Positions 1 through 10,507 of a stretch of DNA of 64,000 nt are shown in pieces. The DNA lies in NCBI GenBank assembly GCA_041656315.1, contig JBBADT010000007.1:561-64560 (forward strand). The letters are read 5' to 3'. The notes beneath the pieces are model-generated. The model ran no database searches. It saw nothing but the letters and a program-made list of their open reading frames with translations, and had not been told where the DNA came from. Source of the DNA: Advenella sp. Its GTDB lineage: Bacteria > Pseudomonadota > Gammaproteobacteria > Burkholderiales > Burkholderiaceae_B. The translations under genes and the position numbers were made by a program. Position 1 is the first letter of the stretch, and the number at the start of each line of letters is the position of its first letter.

Positions 1-798
1 GGCATCACCGGCAATCGCGTTAATTTCTGGGTTGCCAGAACCTTCTGGGCCCATGAATTTAACATTCAGCCCCTGTTCTGCTGCCTGGCGCATTAACAGG
101 CCCATCTCGGGGTGGTAGCCACCATAATAAATAAAATCAACCCCTTGGGATTTCATTTTGGTAATAATTGAAGAATAATCGGACTCACCCGCGTTAATGC
201 CCTCAAACAGGACAACGTCTATATTCGCCTTTTTAAGGTTATCCTGAACCGCGCTGGCAATACCCTGGCCGTATGATTGCTTGTCATGCAAAACAGCCAC
301 TTTTTTTGGTTTGACCGAGTCAATAATGTATTTGGCTGCCGCAGGGCCTTGCTGATCGTCACGTCCGATCGTACGGAAAATAAATGTGAAATTTTTGCCG
401 TCAGTCACGTTGGGGGCAGTAGCTGAAGGCGTAACCATAACCACGCCCTGTTCATCATAAACTGCAGCTCCGCCTACTGTTGCACCCGAGCAAACCGGAC
501 CAACCACAAAACCGATTTTCTGGTTAACAACACTGTTTGCCGCGATAGGGCCCTGCTTGGGCTCGCAAGCGTCATCAACCTCAACCAGTTCAATTTGTTT
601 GCCATCAACACCACCTGCGGCATTGGTCATTTCAACTGCGGTTCTGACACCCTCACGCACCATATCGCCGTATTGTGTTACAGGACCGGTTAATGGTCCC
701 ACCACGGCAATCTTGATGTTTTCTGCCTGAGCAACGCCCATGCCCATTGCAATACCCATGGCACTTGCCAACAAAGTAAAACGGAATGATTTATTCAT
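1..798 (-). CDS. livK: Branched-chain amino acid ABC transporter substrate-binding protein (LivJ/LivK family), 3' end runs off the window
   Basis: Manual translation from ATG at 798: MNKSFRFTLLASAMG...IKIAVVGPLTGPVTQYG...DDACEPKQ...FRTIGRDDQQG...HDKQSYGQG...YYGGYHPEMGL, all LivJ/K motifs. Absent from the ORF track because it is truncated. Confidence 0.9.
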   Translation of the reverse strand, partial: MNKSFRFTLLASAMGIAMGMGVAQAENIKIAVVGPLTGPVTQYGDMVREGVRTAVEMTNAAGGVDGKQIELVEVDDACEPKQGPIAANSVVNQKIGFVVGPVCSGATVGGAAVYDEQGVVMVTPSATAPNVTDGKNFTFIFRTIGRDDQQGPAAAKYIIDSVKPKKVAVLHDKQSYGQGIASAVQDNLKKANIDVVLFEGINAGESDYSSIITKMKSQGVDFIYYGGYHPEMGLLMRQAAEQGLNVKFMGPEGSGNPEINAIAGDA

Positions 799-905
799 TT
801 CTTTAATCTCCAATTAACAGAATAATCGCCTGTAAAGCATACACTGAACCAAGTGGTTTTGTATATGGCATAAACCCGCAAAATCCAGACCAAAAACCGG
901 CAGAT

Positions 906-936
906 AAAAAAACACCCCCTTAACAAACAGGGGGTG
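906..936 (-). terminator. Intrinsic terminator of phoX
   Basis: CACCCCCT-8nt-AGGGGGTG stem (913-936) preceded by an A-run on +, i.e. a U-tract on the - strand, just after the phoX stop. Confidence 0.7.
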
Positions 937-973
937 ATTCCAAAGCGACTGTTAGAAACGGAAACTTGAAACG

Positions 974-3052
974 TTAAGCACCTACAACGCCACCATCTTC
1001 ACGCCAGATCACAACAGTTGCAGCACGAGGACGGCCACCGCTACCCTCTTTGTCCTCATTGTCATCCATAGGCCACTTGGAAAATACCAGAGGATCTTCC
1101 TGAGGCGTCACCTTAGGTGCCCGTGGATGTTTACCGTACTCACCAGGATGCTGTATGTTAACAAATACAGTTTTGTAATCAGGTGTCCAGGTAATACCGG
1201 TCACTTCACTGCCTGAAGGTCCCACCAGGAAACGACGGATTTCACCTTTACCCACTTCTGTTTCAGGGATGGCAACCAGCATCTGATTGTTTCCATTACC
1301 GGCAAAGTTGCCCGCATCTGAAAAGTTGCCATCTGTCTGGATCCACAAACGGCCATCCTTGTCAAAAGCCAGGCCATCGGGGCTATTAAACAGGTTCTTG
1401 GCTGACACGTTTTGAGTGCCGGCCATTAAGTTACCCGGCTCTTTATGTACCTCAGGGTTGCCAGCCAATACAAACACGTCCCAGTCAAATTCATTGGCAG
1501 CTGCATCCTTGCCTGACTCATTCCAGCGAACAATCTGGCCATACGGATTTTTAGCTCGCGGATTGGCATCGTCAATACCCGGATGTTTCAGGCCATTGGT
1601 TCCTTTGCGCTCTTTGTCACTACCGCGATCCGAGTTATTGGTTAAGGTAACGTACACTGCCTGGGTATGAGGATTGACGGCAATCCACTCGGGGCGATCC
1701 ATTGGGGTTGCACCCACGGCATCTGCAGCAAGGCGGGTTTTAACCAGCAACTCGCCCTGATCCTTGAACAGCTCACCTAATTTTTTGCCATCCAGGCCTA
1801 CCGTATCAAGGGTTAAGGGAATCCATTTGCCTTTTCCTTTCAGGTCACCCACCTGTTCGCCATCAGTAAACTGGGCAACATACAAAGTGCCTTTATCCAG
1901 CAAAGTACGGTTGGCGGCTTTGTTGGCCGGGTCAAACTTGCCATCAGAGACAAACTTATAAATATATTCACTGCGCTGGTCATCGCCCATATAAACCACA
2001 ACACGCTTGTCGGCAGCCAAGGTCATGGCGGCATTTTCATGTTTGAAGTGACCCAGGGCAGTCAGTTTACGCGGCTTTGATTGAGGATCAAAAGGATCAA
2101 TTTCAACGATCCAGCCGTGACGCATCCATTCGTTGGGCTCTTCAGCCACATCAAAGCGCTTGTCATGAGTCTCCCAACGATAGCTCTCGTCTGACGCTTT
2201 GGTTGTGACGCCATAACGCTGCATTAGGGCATTGCTTTCAACGCCTTCCTTCAGGCTGCCAAAGTAATCGGTGACGTTTTCCTCACAGGTAAGATAGGTA
2301 TCCCACAAGGTATAACCGTTACCACAGTTGCCAAAAGTACCAAACACCACTGTACCGCTTGGGTCCGCGTTGGTTTTCATCAGGTCATGGCCGGCAGCAG
2401 GCCCTGTAAGAATCATTTCTGTATCAAGGGCATTAATGCTGCGGTTAAAGTTGGAGTCAAGGACTGTTTTCCAGTTCTGCCCATCGTGACGAATATGTTT
2501 TACGCTAACGCCTTGTGCCCGCTGTGATTTTTTAACCCAGTCCTCATTCCAGTTTTCACCGGCAACGCGAACATTGGCAGGAAAGAAATAGTCTGGGTTA
2601 ATGTATTCGTGATTGGTAACTAAAAGACCTTCGGTGTTGCTGCCATCAATGGGAAAATAATGCATGCCATCATGATTGTCACCCGTTTGCATGGCTTGTG
2701 CAGCTGAATCATCAGTGGCATCACCCTTCCATTTTGGGGAATTGGCAAATAAAGGGTCACCCCAGCGATTAATAACCGCATAACGGTAACCTTCAGGAAC
2801 AACGATTTTATCACCTGTGCTTGCCGCAACGGCCTTGAAGCTCATGGAGGGAACTGCAGCGGCAGAACCTGAGGCCGAAGACCGGGCGCTGACAGCAGTC
2901 GTATTAAGGGAAAGTCCAAAAAACGCCATGGTACTGGCGCCCGCACTGGCTTTTAAAAAACCACGGCGGGCCTGCTGCTTTCCTAATAACTCATTAAATG
3001 ATTCAACTTTGCTGTTGTTACTTGGAATATCGTCACGATCCAGATCGCTCAT
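974..3052 (-). CDS. phoX: PhoX-family alkaline phosphatase, Tat-exported
   Basis: Twin-arginine signal RRGFLK; motifs GDNHDGM, NHEY, YLTCEEN, MDRPEW, SPDGL, WIQTDG, NIQHPG. Confidence 0.92.
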   Translation of the reverse strand: MSDLDRDDIPSNNSKVESFNELLGKQQARRGFLKASAGASTMAFFGLSLNTTAVSARSSASGSAAAVPSMSFKAVAASTGDKIVVPEGYRYAVINRWGDPLFANSPKWKGDATDDSAAQAMQTGDNHDGMHYFPIDGSNTEGLLVTNHEYINPDYFFPANVRVAGENWNEDWVKKSQRAQGVSVKHIRHDGQNWKTVLDSNFNRSINALDTEMILTGPAAGHDLMKTNADPSGTVVFGTFGNCGNGYTLWDTYLTCEENVTDYFGSLKEGVESNALMQRYGVTTKASDESYRWETHDKRFDVAEEPNEWMRHGWIVEIDPFDPQSKPRKLTALGHFKHENAAMTLAADKRVVVYMGDDQRSEYIYKFVSDGKFDPANKAANRTLLDKGTLYVAQFTDGEQVGDLKGKGKWIPLTLDTVGLDGKKLGELFKDQGELLVKTRLAADAVGATPMDRPEWIAVNPHTQAVYVTLTNNSDRGSDKERKGTNGLKHPGIDDANPRAKNPYGQIVRWNESGKDAAANEFDWDVFVLAGNPEVHKEPGNLMAGTQNVSAKNLFNSPDGLAFDKDGRLWIQTDGNFSDAGNFAGNGNNQMLVAIPETEVGKGEIRRFLVGPSGSEVTGITWTPDYKTVFVNIQHPGEYGKHPRAPKVTPQEDPLVFSKWPMDDNEDKEGSGGRPRAATVVIWREDGGVVGA

Positions 3053-3110
3053 CGGGTAAATCCTTTATTGACAAGTTACATAAAAATATGTCTTAGAATA
3101 ATAAAGAACT

Positions 3111-3128
3111 ATGTCAGGCGTTTGACAA
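3111..3128 (-). promoter_or_regulatory. Putative Pho box (PhoB site) upstream of phoX
   Basis: - strand TTGTCAA-ACGC-CTGACAT: two CTGTCAT-like heptamers 11 bp apart, about 60 bp upstream of the phoX start. Confidence 0.55.
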
Positions 3129-3158
3129 ACCCGATAATCGTTGGCAAAACTGTATTAA

Positions 3159-4130
3159 TTATGCTGAAAATGCAGATAACATTTGATGTTTTTCATCGGG
3201 CAGCATGGTTACACCCGGCAAATCACAAGAAAAAACAGCTTGCGCCAAGGCCTCAATAGCTGCGGTTCTGGTAAAACTGCGACGCCATGCCAGCACAATA
3301 CGACGATTTGGAACCGGTTTTTTAATGGGGATGTACTTAACCAGATCTGTTTGCTGGGCACGTTGATCTATAACGGCACTAATAGGTAACAAGGTAATGC
3401 CAAGGCCAGCCGCAACCATATGCCTGATGGTTTCAAGTGATGAGCCTTCAAAAGAACGTTGTATACCATCATCTGCCGCTGAAAAACGGGACATTTCCGG
3501 ACAGACCTCTAGAACCTGGTCACGGAAACAATGGCCAGAACCCAGTAAAAGCATGGTTTCCTGCTTAAGGTCATCGGTACTGAGCAATTTTTCGTGGGCC
3601 CATCTATGATTGGCAGGAACGGCAACCACAAAATCCTCATCGTACAGGGGTTTCATTTCAAGCCCTGCATCTGGCAAAGGTAATGCCATGATGGCACAAT
3701 CGAGTTCTCCCTGGCGTAACAGCTCTAGCAGGCGAACCGTGAAGTTTTCCTGCAGTATAAGCGGCATTTGCGGTGTTTGCTGGATTTGCACCGGAATAAG
3801 TTTGGGCAACAGATAAGGGCCAATGGTATGGATAATGCCTACTTTAAGCGGACCAGCCAAAGGATCATGACCCTGTCTGGCAATTTCTTTTAAGTTGGCA
3901 CTTTCCTCGAGTACTTTTTGTGCCTGGGAAATAATACGCATGCCAATAGGCGTAACACCCACCTCACTGCCACCACGCTCGAAAATGGTTACACCCAATT
4001 CCTCTTCCAGCTTTTTAATGGCCACCGAAAGCGTAGGCTGACTCACAAAGCATGCTTCTGCGGCCCTGCCAAAGTGCCGCTCCCGTGCAACCGCAATGAT
4101 GTATTTAAGTTCAGTAAGTGTCACGCGCAA
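3159..4130 (-). CDS. oxyR: LysR-family H2O2-sensing regulator OxyR
   Basis: LysR HTH (HFGRAAEACFVSQPTLS); redox pair GHCFRDQVLEVC; SSLETIRHMVA; next to recG. Confidence 0.9.
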   Translation of the reverse strand: MRVTLTELKYIIAVARERHFGRAAEACFVSQPTLSVAIKKLEEELGVTIFERGGSEVGVTPIGMRIISQAQKVLEESANLKEIARQGHDPLAGPLKVGIIHTIGPYLLPKLIPVQIQQTPQMPLILQENFTVRLLELLRQGELDCAIMALPLPDAGLEMKPLYDEDFVVAVPANHRWAHEKLLSTDDLKQETMLLLGSGHCFRDQVLEVCPEMSRFSAADDGIQRSFEGSSLETIRHMVAAGLGITLLPISAVIDQRAQQTDLVKYIPIKKPVPNRRIVLAWRRSFTRTAAIEALAQAVFSCDLPGVTMLPDEKHQMLSAFSA

Positions 4131-4264
4131 ATTCCTGATTATTCCGAATAATAGATTTTATCTATCATTTTATCAAAAAAAAACTATCAAAAGATACATA
4201 AAACTGAAACCTTAGCAAAGCAAATACTAAATTGCATCAAATCAATACAATAAGTGCTTATCCA

Positions 4265-6337
4265 TTAGGTTCTAATATAATCTTCTTTTCCACGCATCCA
4301 GCGATGCAGATGTCTGGCTACCGCTTCAGGGTAATTTTCACGCAATTCCTTTGCCGCCTCTCTGGCTTTTTCCACAATCAGGTAATCAAGCTCTATATCG
4401 GCAAATCGCATCAGTGCCAGACCCGACTGCCGCACCCCCAAAAACTCTCCCGGACCTCTTTGTTCAAGATCCCGCCGGGCAATTTCAAACCCATCGGTCG
4501 TTTCATACATCGCTTTAAGACGTTGGGCAGCAACCTTGGATAATGGCTGTTGATATAACAAGACACAAACGGAGTTGGCCTGCCCCCTTCCCACCCTGCC
4601 CCGTAGCTGATGCAACTGGGCAAGCCCAAAACGCTCTGCATGTTCAATAATCATTAAGGATGCATTGGGCACGTCTACCCCAACCTCAATAACCGTGGTA
4701 GCCACCAACAGATCAAGTTCGTGCCGGACAAAATCCCCCATGACCCGGGCTTTTTCCTGAGTATTAAGCCTTCCATGCAGCAAGCCACTTCGAACATCGT
4801 CCAGTTCTTCCTGCAAGCGCGCATGCGTGTCTACCGCCGTTTGCAGCTGCAACGCCTCGCTCTCTTCAACCAGGGGACAAACCCAATATACCTGGCGACC
4901 TTTTTTAACTTCATGCCTGACATGCTCAAGCAATTCGTCACGTCGATTGTCGGAAAACAGCTTGGTAATAACCGGTGTACGACCAGGGGGAAGTTCGTCA
5001 ATAATCGACACCTCAAGGTCAGCCAGAAAAGTCATTGCCAATGAGCGCGGAATGGGTGTTGCACTCATATTAAGTTGATGTGGCACCATATATTGGTTTT
5101 GTAGCAAGTGCTCTCCTTTGCGGCTTAAACTTAAGCGCTGGCCCACCCCAAATCGGTGTTGCTCATCAACAATCATTAAGCCCAAAAGATGAAAATCAAC
5201 ATTTTTCTGGATTAAGGCCTGGGTTCCAATAATGAGTTGCGCCTTGCCACTAGCAATGCTGTCAGCAGCTTCCTGCTTGGCTTTAGCCCGCAAGCTGCCA
5301 CTTAACCAGGCTACTTCAACATCCAACGGCCCGAACCATTTTTTCATCTTGATGAAATGCTGCTCAGCCAGGATCTCGGTAGGTGCCATAATTGCCACCT
5401 GAAAGCCGTTTTCCAGTACGGTGGCCGCCGCCATGGCCGCTACAATCGTTTTTCCACTACCTACATCACCCTGCAGCAAGCGGTGCATCGGATATTCCTG
5501 CTGCAAATCATGATTAATTTCATCAATGACCTTTTTTTGAGCGGTCGTTAATGAAAACTCAAGCCCCGCAAGCAGGCTGGCCGCCAGTTTTCCTGGCTTA
5601 AGCGTCATGGGAAAGGATTTTTTCTGTTGCCTGGCCGCCCTTGCCGCTGCCAGGGCAAGTTGCTGGGCCAACAGTTCATCAAACTTGATTCTTAACCAGG
5701 CCGGATGCAATTTTTGGGTTAAAGCATCGGGATCGGTTCCGATAGCCGGATGATGCAGCTCCTGAATGGATTGTGCAAAATCGGGAAGTTGATATTTTTG
5801 CTGGATAACCTTGGGCAAGGTGTCATCAAGAACGGTGCGTGACAACGCTGATAAAACCGCCTTCCTGATACTGGGTTGTGCCAATCCTTCGGTAGTGGGG
5901 TAAACCGGTGTAAGGGTTTTGGGCAAGGCTTCTCCGGCCTTGCTTATTTTAGGATGAATTAATTCAAACCCCCACATGCTGCTGCCGCGTACTTCGCCGC
6001 GAATACGAACAAGTCCGCCTTTCTCAAGCATTTTTTGCTGGCTCGGATAAAAATGAATCCAGCGCAGTGAAATTTGCCCGGTATCATCCTTAAACGTGGC
6101 AAGCAGCTGCTTCCTGGGCTTGAATACCACTTCAGAATGTGTAACTACCCCTTCAAGCTGTGCACTCATGCCAGGATAAATTTGGCTTATTTTATGGATA
6201 GCGGTTTCATCTTCATAACGCAATGGCAAATGAAGAACAAAATCAAAGTCGTATTCCAGGCCCAATGACTTGAATTTCTTGTCCAAGAGCCCTGGCCTGG
6301 AGGATTGGGGAACTACGTTTGCAGGCACCTTGACCAC
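4265..6337 (-). CDS. recG: ATP-dependent DNA helicase RecG
   Basis: LLQGDVGSGKT, DEQHRFGV, SATPIPRSL, QLRGRVGRG, RGPGE motifs. Confidence 0.97.
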   Translation of the reverse strand: MVKVPANVVPQSSRPGLLDKKFKSLGLEYDFDFVLHLPLRYEDETAIHKISQIYPGMSAQLEGVVTHSEVVFKPRKQLLATFKDDTGQISLRWIHFYPSQQKMLEKGGLVRIRGEVRGSSMWGFELIHPKISKAGEALPKTLTPVYPTTEGLAQPSIRKAVLSALSRTVLDDTLPKVIQQKYQLPDFAQSIQELHHPAIGTDPDALTQKLHPAWLRIKFDELLAQQLALAAARAARQQKKSFPMTLKPGKLAASLLAGLEFSLTTAQKKVIDEINHDLQQEYPMHRLLQGDVGSGKTIVAAMAAATVLENGFQVAIMAPTEILAEQHFIKMKKWFGPLDVEVAWLSGSLRAKAKQEAADSIASGKAQLIIGTQALIQKNVDFHLLGLMIVDEQHRFGVGQRLSLSRKGEHLLQNQYMVPHQLNMSATPIPRSLAMTFLADLEVSIIDELPPGRTPVITKLFSDNRRDELLEHVRHEVKKGRQVYWVCPLVEESEALQLQTAVDTHARLQEELDDVRSGLLHGRLNTQEKARVMGDFVRHELDLLVATTVIEVGVDVPNASLMIIEHAERFGLAQLHQLRGRVGRGQANSVCVLLYQQPLSKVAAQRLKAMYETTDGFEIARRDLEQRGPGEFLGVRQSGLALMRFADIELDYLIVEKAREAAKELRENYPEAVARHLHRWMRGKEDYIRT

Positions 6338-6359
6338 TTACCCAATAAGAAAAGCTGTA

Positions 6360-6746
6360 TTACACAACAATAATGGCCTCAACTTCAAATTGGGCGTTTT
6401 TAGGCAAGGCACTGACCTCTACCGTTGAGCGGGCAGGAAAAGGTTGTGGAATAAGCTCAGACATGACTGAATTGACAATACCGAAATTACGGATATCAGT
6501 CACAAAAAGGGTTAGCTTGACAATACTGTTCAAAGATCCGCCTGCCGCATGAATTATCGCGGTCATGTTGGCAAATGCCTGCCTGACTTGTTCTTCGCAA
6601 TTTTCAGAAACCAGATCACCCGTTGCCGGATCAAGGCCAATTTGGCCTGATAAATAAACCGTGCTGCCAACTGGAACAACAACTGCCTGGGAATATGGGC
6701 CAATCGCGGCAGGTGCTTTATCTGTTTGAATAATTTGCTTACTCAT
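6360..6746 (-). CDS. ridA: RidA/YjgF-family reactive intermediate deaminase
   Basis: APAAIGPYSQA, SGQIG, PARS, EVEAI motifs. Confidence 0.9.
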   Translation of the reverse strand: MSKQIIQTDKAPAAIGPYSQAVVVPVGSTVYLSGQIGLDPATGDLVSENCEEQVRQAFANMTAIIHAAGGSLNSIVKLTLFVTDIRNFGIVNSVMSELIPQPFPARSTVEVSALPKNAQFEVEAIIVV

Positions 6747-6882
6747 ATAAACCCCTTTTATTAAACCAATGATTTATTTGTTACTGAACAGGTATCAATA
6801 AATAATACTGTAAATATATCAGCAAGGATAGAAATTATTTACTTTAAAAAAATTTGATTGTATGCTTTAATTCTTAGCCAAT

Positions 6883-6904
6883 CTATTTAATAATCATTCT
6901 CATT
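6883..6904. promoter_or_regulatory. Putative Fur box upstream of fbpA
   Basis: TAATAATCATTCTCA matches the 7-1-7 Fur consensus TGATAATnATTATCA at 12 of 14 positions, just upstream of an iron transporter. Confidence 0.7.
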
Positions 6905-6925
6905 AATATTCAGGGATTATCTCTT

Positions 6926-7963
6926 ATGATTTCCAGAAAAAACCTATTGAAAAAAAGCTTATTCACAATGAGCGCAATGACAATCAGCCTGTCAGCGTTT
7001 GCCTCTGGTGAAGTTAATCTTTATACCACTCGTGAACCCCGGCTCATTCAACCTATTCTGGAAGCCTTTGAAAAAGATACGGGTATTAAAACCAACACGG
7101 TTTTCATCAAGGATGGATTACCCGAACGCATCAAGTCCGAAGGCGAACGATCACCTGCTGACGTTTTAATGACCGTAGACATTGGAAAGCTGCTGGATGT
7201 TGTAGACCAGGATCTGGTGCAACCTGTTGATTCCAAAGTATTAAAAGAAATCATCCCGGAAAACCTGCGTGCTGCTGATGACAAATGGTTTGCCTTTTCA
7301 TTGCGTGACCGGGTTCTTTATGCCGCCAAAGAACTGGATCTGAAAACCTTTACCTATGAAGATCTGGCGGATCCCAAATGGAAAAACAGGATCTGCATTC
7401 GCTCTGGCCAGCACCCTTACAACACCAGCCTGATTGCCGCCATGATTGCTCATAACGGCCCTGAAAAAACGGAAGAATGGCTTAAAGGTGTAAAAAACAA
7501 CCTGGCCCGCAAGGCAGCGGGTGGCGACCGTGAAGTCGCCCGTGACATCCTGGGCGGCATTTGTGACATTGGTATTGGTAACGCCTATTATGTCGGACGC
7601 ATGAAAAACGCCGAGCCCGGCAGTGAACAATACCAATGGGGTGAAGCCATCAAAGTTATTCGCCCTACCTTTGCAAATCCTGAAGACAGCGGCACCCACG
7701 TTAACATTACCGGCGCAGCACTTGCCAAATATTCACCCAACCATGAAAACGCGGTCAAATTGCTGGAATACCTGGTTTCCGACCAGGCCCAACAGCTTTA
7801 TTCAAAAACCAATTACGAATACCCCATTCGCAAAGGTGTTGAAATGGATCCAGTCATGACGGCGATTGGCGAACTCAAGGTAGACAGCCTTCCTGTTACT
7901 GAAATTGCAAAATTCCGTAAACAGGCCAGTGAATTGGTCGATAAAGTAGGTTTTGACAACTAA
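6926..7963 (+). CDS. fbpA: Fe3+ ABC transporter periplasmic binding protein (FbpA/AfuA/FutA type)
   Basis: Signal peptide; EGERSPADV, RSGQHPYN, GGDR, NAYY motifs; followed by permease and ATPase genes. Confidence 0.88.
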   Translation: MISRKNLLKKSLFTMSAMTISLSAFASGEVNLYTTREPRLIQPILEAFEKDTGIKTNTVFIKDGLPERIKSEGERSPADVLMTVDIGKLLDVVDQDLVQPVDSKVLKEIIPENLRAADDKWFAFSLRDRVLYAAKELDLKTFTYEDLADPKWKNRICIRSGQHPYNTSLIAAMIAHNGPEKTEEWLKGVKNNLARKAAGGDREVARDILGGICDIGIGNAYYVGRMKNAEPGSEQYQWGEAIKVIRPTFANPEDSGTHVNITGAALAKYSPNHENAVKLLEYLVSDQAQQLYSKTNYEYPIRKGVEMDPVMTAIGELKVDSLPVTEIAKFRKQASELVDKVGFDN

Positions 7964-7983
7964 GGCCATAACTGTTTTACAAT

Positions 7984-8014
7984 AAGGGCGATACGTTACA
8001 TACGTATCGCCCTT
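7984..8014 (+). terminator. Intercistronic 13-bp stem-loop after fbpA (partial terminator or mRNA stabiliser)
   Basis: AAGGGCGATACGT-TACAT-ACGTATCGCCCTT perfect inverted repeat between the binding-protein and permease genes. Confidence 0.65.
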
Positions 8015-8030
8015 TACTATTATTTAAAGC

Positions 8031-9701
8031 ATGTCAGAAAACACCCTGCAACAACCGCCCTTAAAAAAAACACAATCGTTCAATGCTTCGACCTATCTTG
8101 TTCTTGGTGTTGCCTTCTGTGTGCTTGCTCCCGTACTAACGCTGTTATGGCATGCCTTTTCCGGTGACTTCCAGCACTGGAGCGGACTGCTGCAAAACGT
8201 TATTCCCAATTCACTGGGCAATACTTTAGTGCTGCTGGCTGGCGTTGCCTTCGTGGTAGCATGCCTGGGCACCGGCAGTGCCTGGCTGACCACCGCATAC
8301 CAGTTCCCAACCCGCAACATACTCATGTGGGCCCTGCTGCTGCCATTGGCGGTTCCAACCTACATCATGGCCTTTGCCTACCTGGATGTCATGCACCCAC
8401 TGGGACCCATACAGTCTGTTATTCGCGACTTGCTTGGCTACACCTCGCCACGCCAGTTTCGCCTGCCAGACATCCGCTCTATGGGTGGAGCCATTGTTTT
8501 GCTTGGTTTTGTACTGTACCCCTATGTCTATTTAAGTACGCGTGTCATGTTTATGACACAGGCAGCCAACCTGATAGAAGCAGCCAGAACGCTGGGTTGC
8601 ACCCGTCGCGAAGCATTTTTCCGGGTGGTTATTCCAATGGCTCGCCCCGCCATTGCCGTGGGCATCAGCCTGGCGCTGCTTGAAACCCTGAATGATATCG
8701 GCGCTTCCGAGTTCCTGGGAATACAAACCCTGACCGTTTCCGTTTACACAACGTGGATATCGCGCTCCAATCTTGCCGGAGCCGCGCAAATTGCCATTTT
8801 CATGTTGATTGTAGTTACCACATTAATCTGGCTGGAGCGTCATGGACGACGCCACCAACGCTACGCAAACACACAACGCATGCACCCCATTCAGCCACAA
8901 AAACTACGTGGCATACAGGCACTCATCGCTATGGCTTTAGGCTGGTTTCCAGTCATTTGCGGCTTCATTATTCCAGCCGTCTATCTGGTTGCTGAAAGCA
9001 TAAAACGCCTGGAAGCGGTGGGTACGGTTTCCGATGACCTTGTCAGGGGCACCTTTAACACTATTACTGTTGCAGCCGTGGCTACCCTTATTACCGTTAT
9101 TTGCGGCCTGTTAATTGCCTGGGTAGTGCGAAATCCCCGCTTTACCATGGGCAAATTCATTGTGCGCGCCAGCAGTCTGGGTTATGCCATCCCCGGCACA
9201 GTGCTGGCCATTGGCCTGCTTACGCCCTACGCATTAATAGACACCTTCATTTCAGACAGCCTGTCATTTTTGTTTCAGCTGCCGCCCCAGCTTTATATCA
9301 TGGGCAGCATGAGTGGCATTATCATTGCCTATGTCATCCGCTTTCTGGCTATTTCAGTTGGCGGCATAGAAGCAGGTCTATCACGCATTCCCCCTTCCCT
9401 GGAAAATGCCTCCCGCATTTTGGGAAAAACTTCACGGCAAACCTTTTTCAAAATTCACCTTCCCCTGCTTAAGCCAGCCATTGGTGCCGCATCCCTGCTT
9501 ATCTTTGTAGATGCCATGAAAGAACTTTCTGCCACCTTATTGCTGCGCCCCCTGAATTTTGAAACCCTGTCTACATGGCTTTATGCCGAGGCTGCCCGAG
9601 GCACTTATGAAGAAGGTGCTATTGCCGCGCTCATCATCGTTCTGGCAGGGCTATTACCAGTTATCATACTGGCCAAATCACAAACAAAATCCAACTATTA
9701 A
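8031..9701 (+). CDS. fbpB: Fe3+ ABC transporter permease
   Basis: 556-aa multi-TM protein with two EAA loops (IEAARTLG, LENASRILG). Confidence 0.88.
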   Translation: MSENTLQQPPLKKTQSFNASTYLVLGVAFCVLAPVLTLLWHAFSGDFQHWSGLLQNVIPNSLGNTLVLLAGVAFVVACLGTGSAWLTTAYQFPTRNILMWALLLPLAVPTYIMAFAYLDVMHPLGPIQSVIRDLLGYTSPRQFRLPDIRSMGGAIVLLGFVLYPYVYLSTRVMFMTQAANLIEAARTLGCTRREAFFRVVIPMARPAIAVGISLALLETLNDIGASEFLGIQTLTVSVYTTWISRSNLAGAAQIAIFMLIVVTTLIWLERHGRRHQRYANTQRMHPIQPQKLRGIQALIAMALGWFPVICGFIIPAVYLVAESIKRLEAVGTVSDDLVRGTFNTITVAAVATLITVICGLLIAWVVRNPRFTMGKFIVRASSLGYAIPGTVLAIGLLTPYALIDTFISDSLSFLFQLPPQLYIMGSMSGIIIAYVIRFLAISVGGIEAGLSRIPPSLENASRILGKTSRQTFFKIHLPLLKPAIGAASLLIFVDAMKELSATLLLRPLNFETLSTWLYAEAARGTYEEGAIAALIIVLAGLLPVIILAKSQTKSNY

Positions 9702-9705
9702 ACCT

Positions 9706-10476
9706 ATGAATCAGCTTCTCGTACTGGATAAGATCAAACTGGCCTACCCACAACAAAAACAGCTAAAGGTCGTTGTTGAAAATTTTTCCCTTTCCCTGCA
9801 AGAAGGTGAGATTGGTTGTTTGCTAGGACCTTCTGGCTGCGGAAAAACAACAGTTTTAAGATCTATCGCCGGCTTTGAGCCGGTTTATGCGGGCGAAATA
9901 AAACTGGCCAATATGGTGCTGTCCGCCCCCGACAAAATGGTAGAGCCGGAAAACCGCCATATTGGCATGATGTTTCAGGACTATGCGTTATTTCCGCATC
10001 TAACCATTGAACAAAACATTGCTTTTGGCCTGAAAAACAAAGACAAGGCTTTCATTAAAAGCCGCACCGCAGAAATGCTTAGCCTGATTAATCTGGCCGA
10101 TACCCGCAAACGTTATCCACACGAGCTCTCTGGCGGGCAGCAGCAGCGGGTTGCGCTGGCCCGCGCAATTGCTCCTTCTCCCAAAATCCTCTTGCTTGAT
10201 GAGCCATTCTCAAACCTGGACACCGACAGCCGTGAAAGACTGGCCTTTGAAGTACGGGAAATTCTTAAAGAAAACAAGCTTAGTGCCATACTGGTTACCC
10301 ATAACCAGGCCGAAGCCTTTGCGATTGCCGATAAAATCGGCATCATGAGCCATGGAAAACTGCTTCAATGGTCTACTCCCAACGAGATCATGCATAACCC
10401 GAATAGCAAAGAAGTCAGTGACTTCATTCGCCGGGATAGCCTTTCTACCTTGCGTGAACAGGCTTTCATGCGTTAA
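9706..10476 (+). CDS. fbpC: Fe3+ ABC transporter ATP-binding protein
   Basis: GPSGCGKT, FQDYALFPH, LSGGQQQR, LLLDEPF; start moved to ATG 9706, just after the fbpB stop. Confidence 0.85.
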   Translation: MNQLLVLDKIKLAYPQQKQLKVVVENFSLSLQEGEIGCLLGPSGCGKTTVLRSIAGFEPVYAGEIKLANMVLSAPDKMVEPENRHIGMMFQDYALFPHLTIEQNIAFGLKNKDKAFIKSRTAEMLSLINLADTRKRYPHELSGGQQQRVALARAIAPSPKILLLDEPFSNLDTDSRERLAFEVREILKENKLSAILVTHNQAEAFAIADKIGIMSHGKLLQWSTPNEIMHNPNSKEVSDFIRRDSLSTLREQAFMR

Positions 10477-10507
10477 GCCTTTAGGCATTAAGCATTAGGC
10501 AATACGT

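Noticed and set aside
6806..6824. TACTGTAAATATATCAGCA as an SOS box upstream of ridA-recG
   Set aside because: Only 9 nt lie between CTG and CAG; LexA needs 10.
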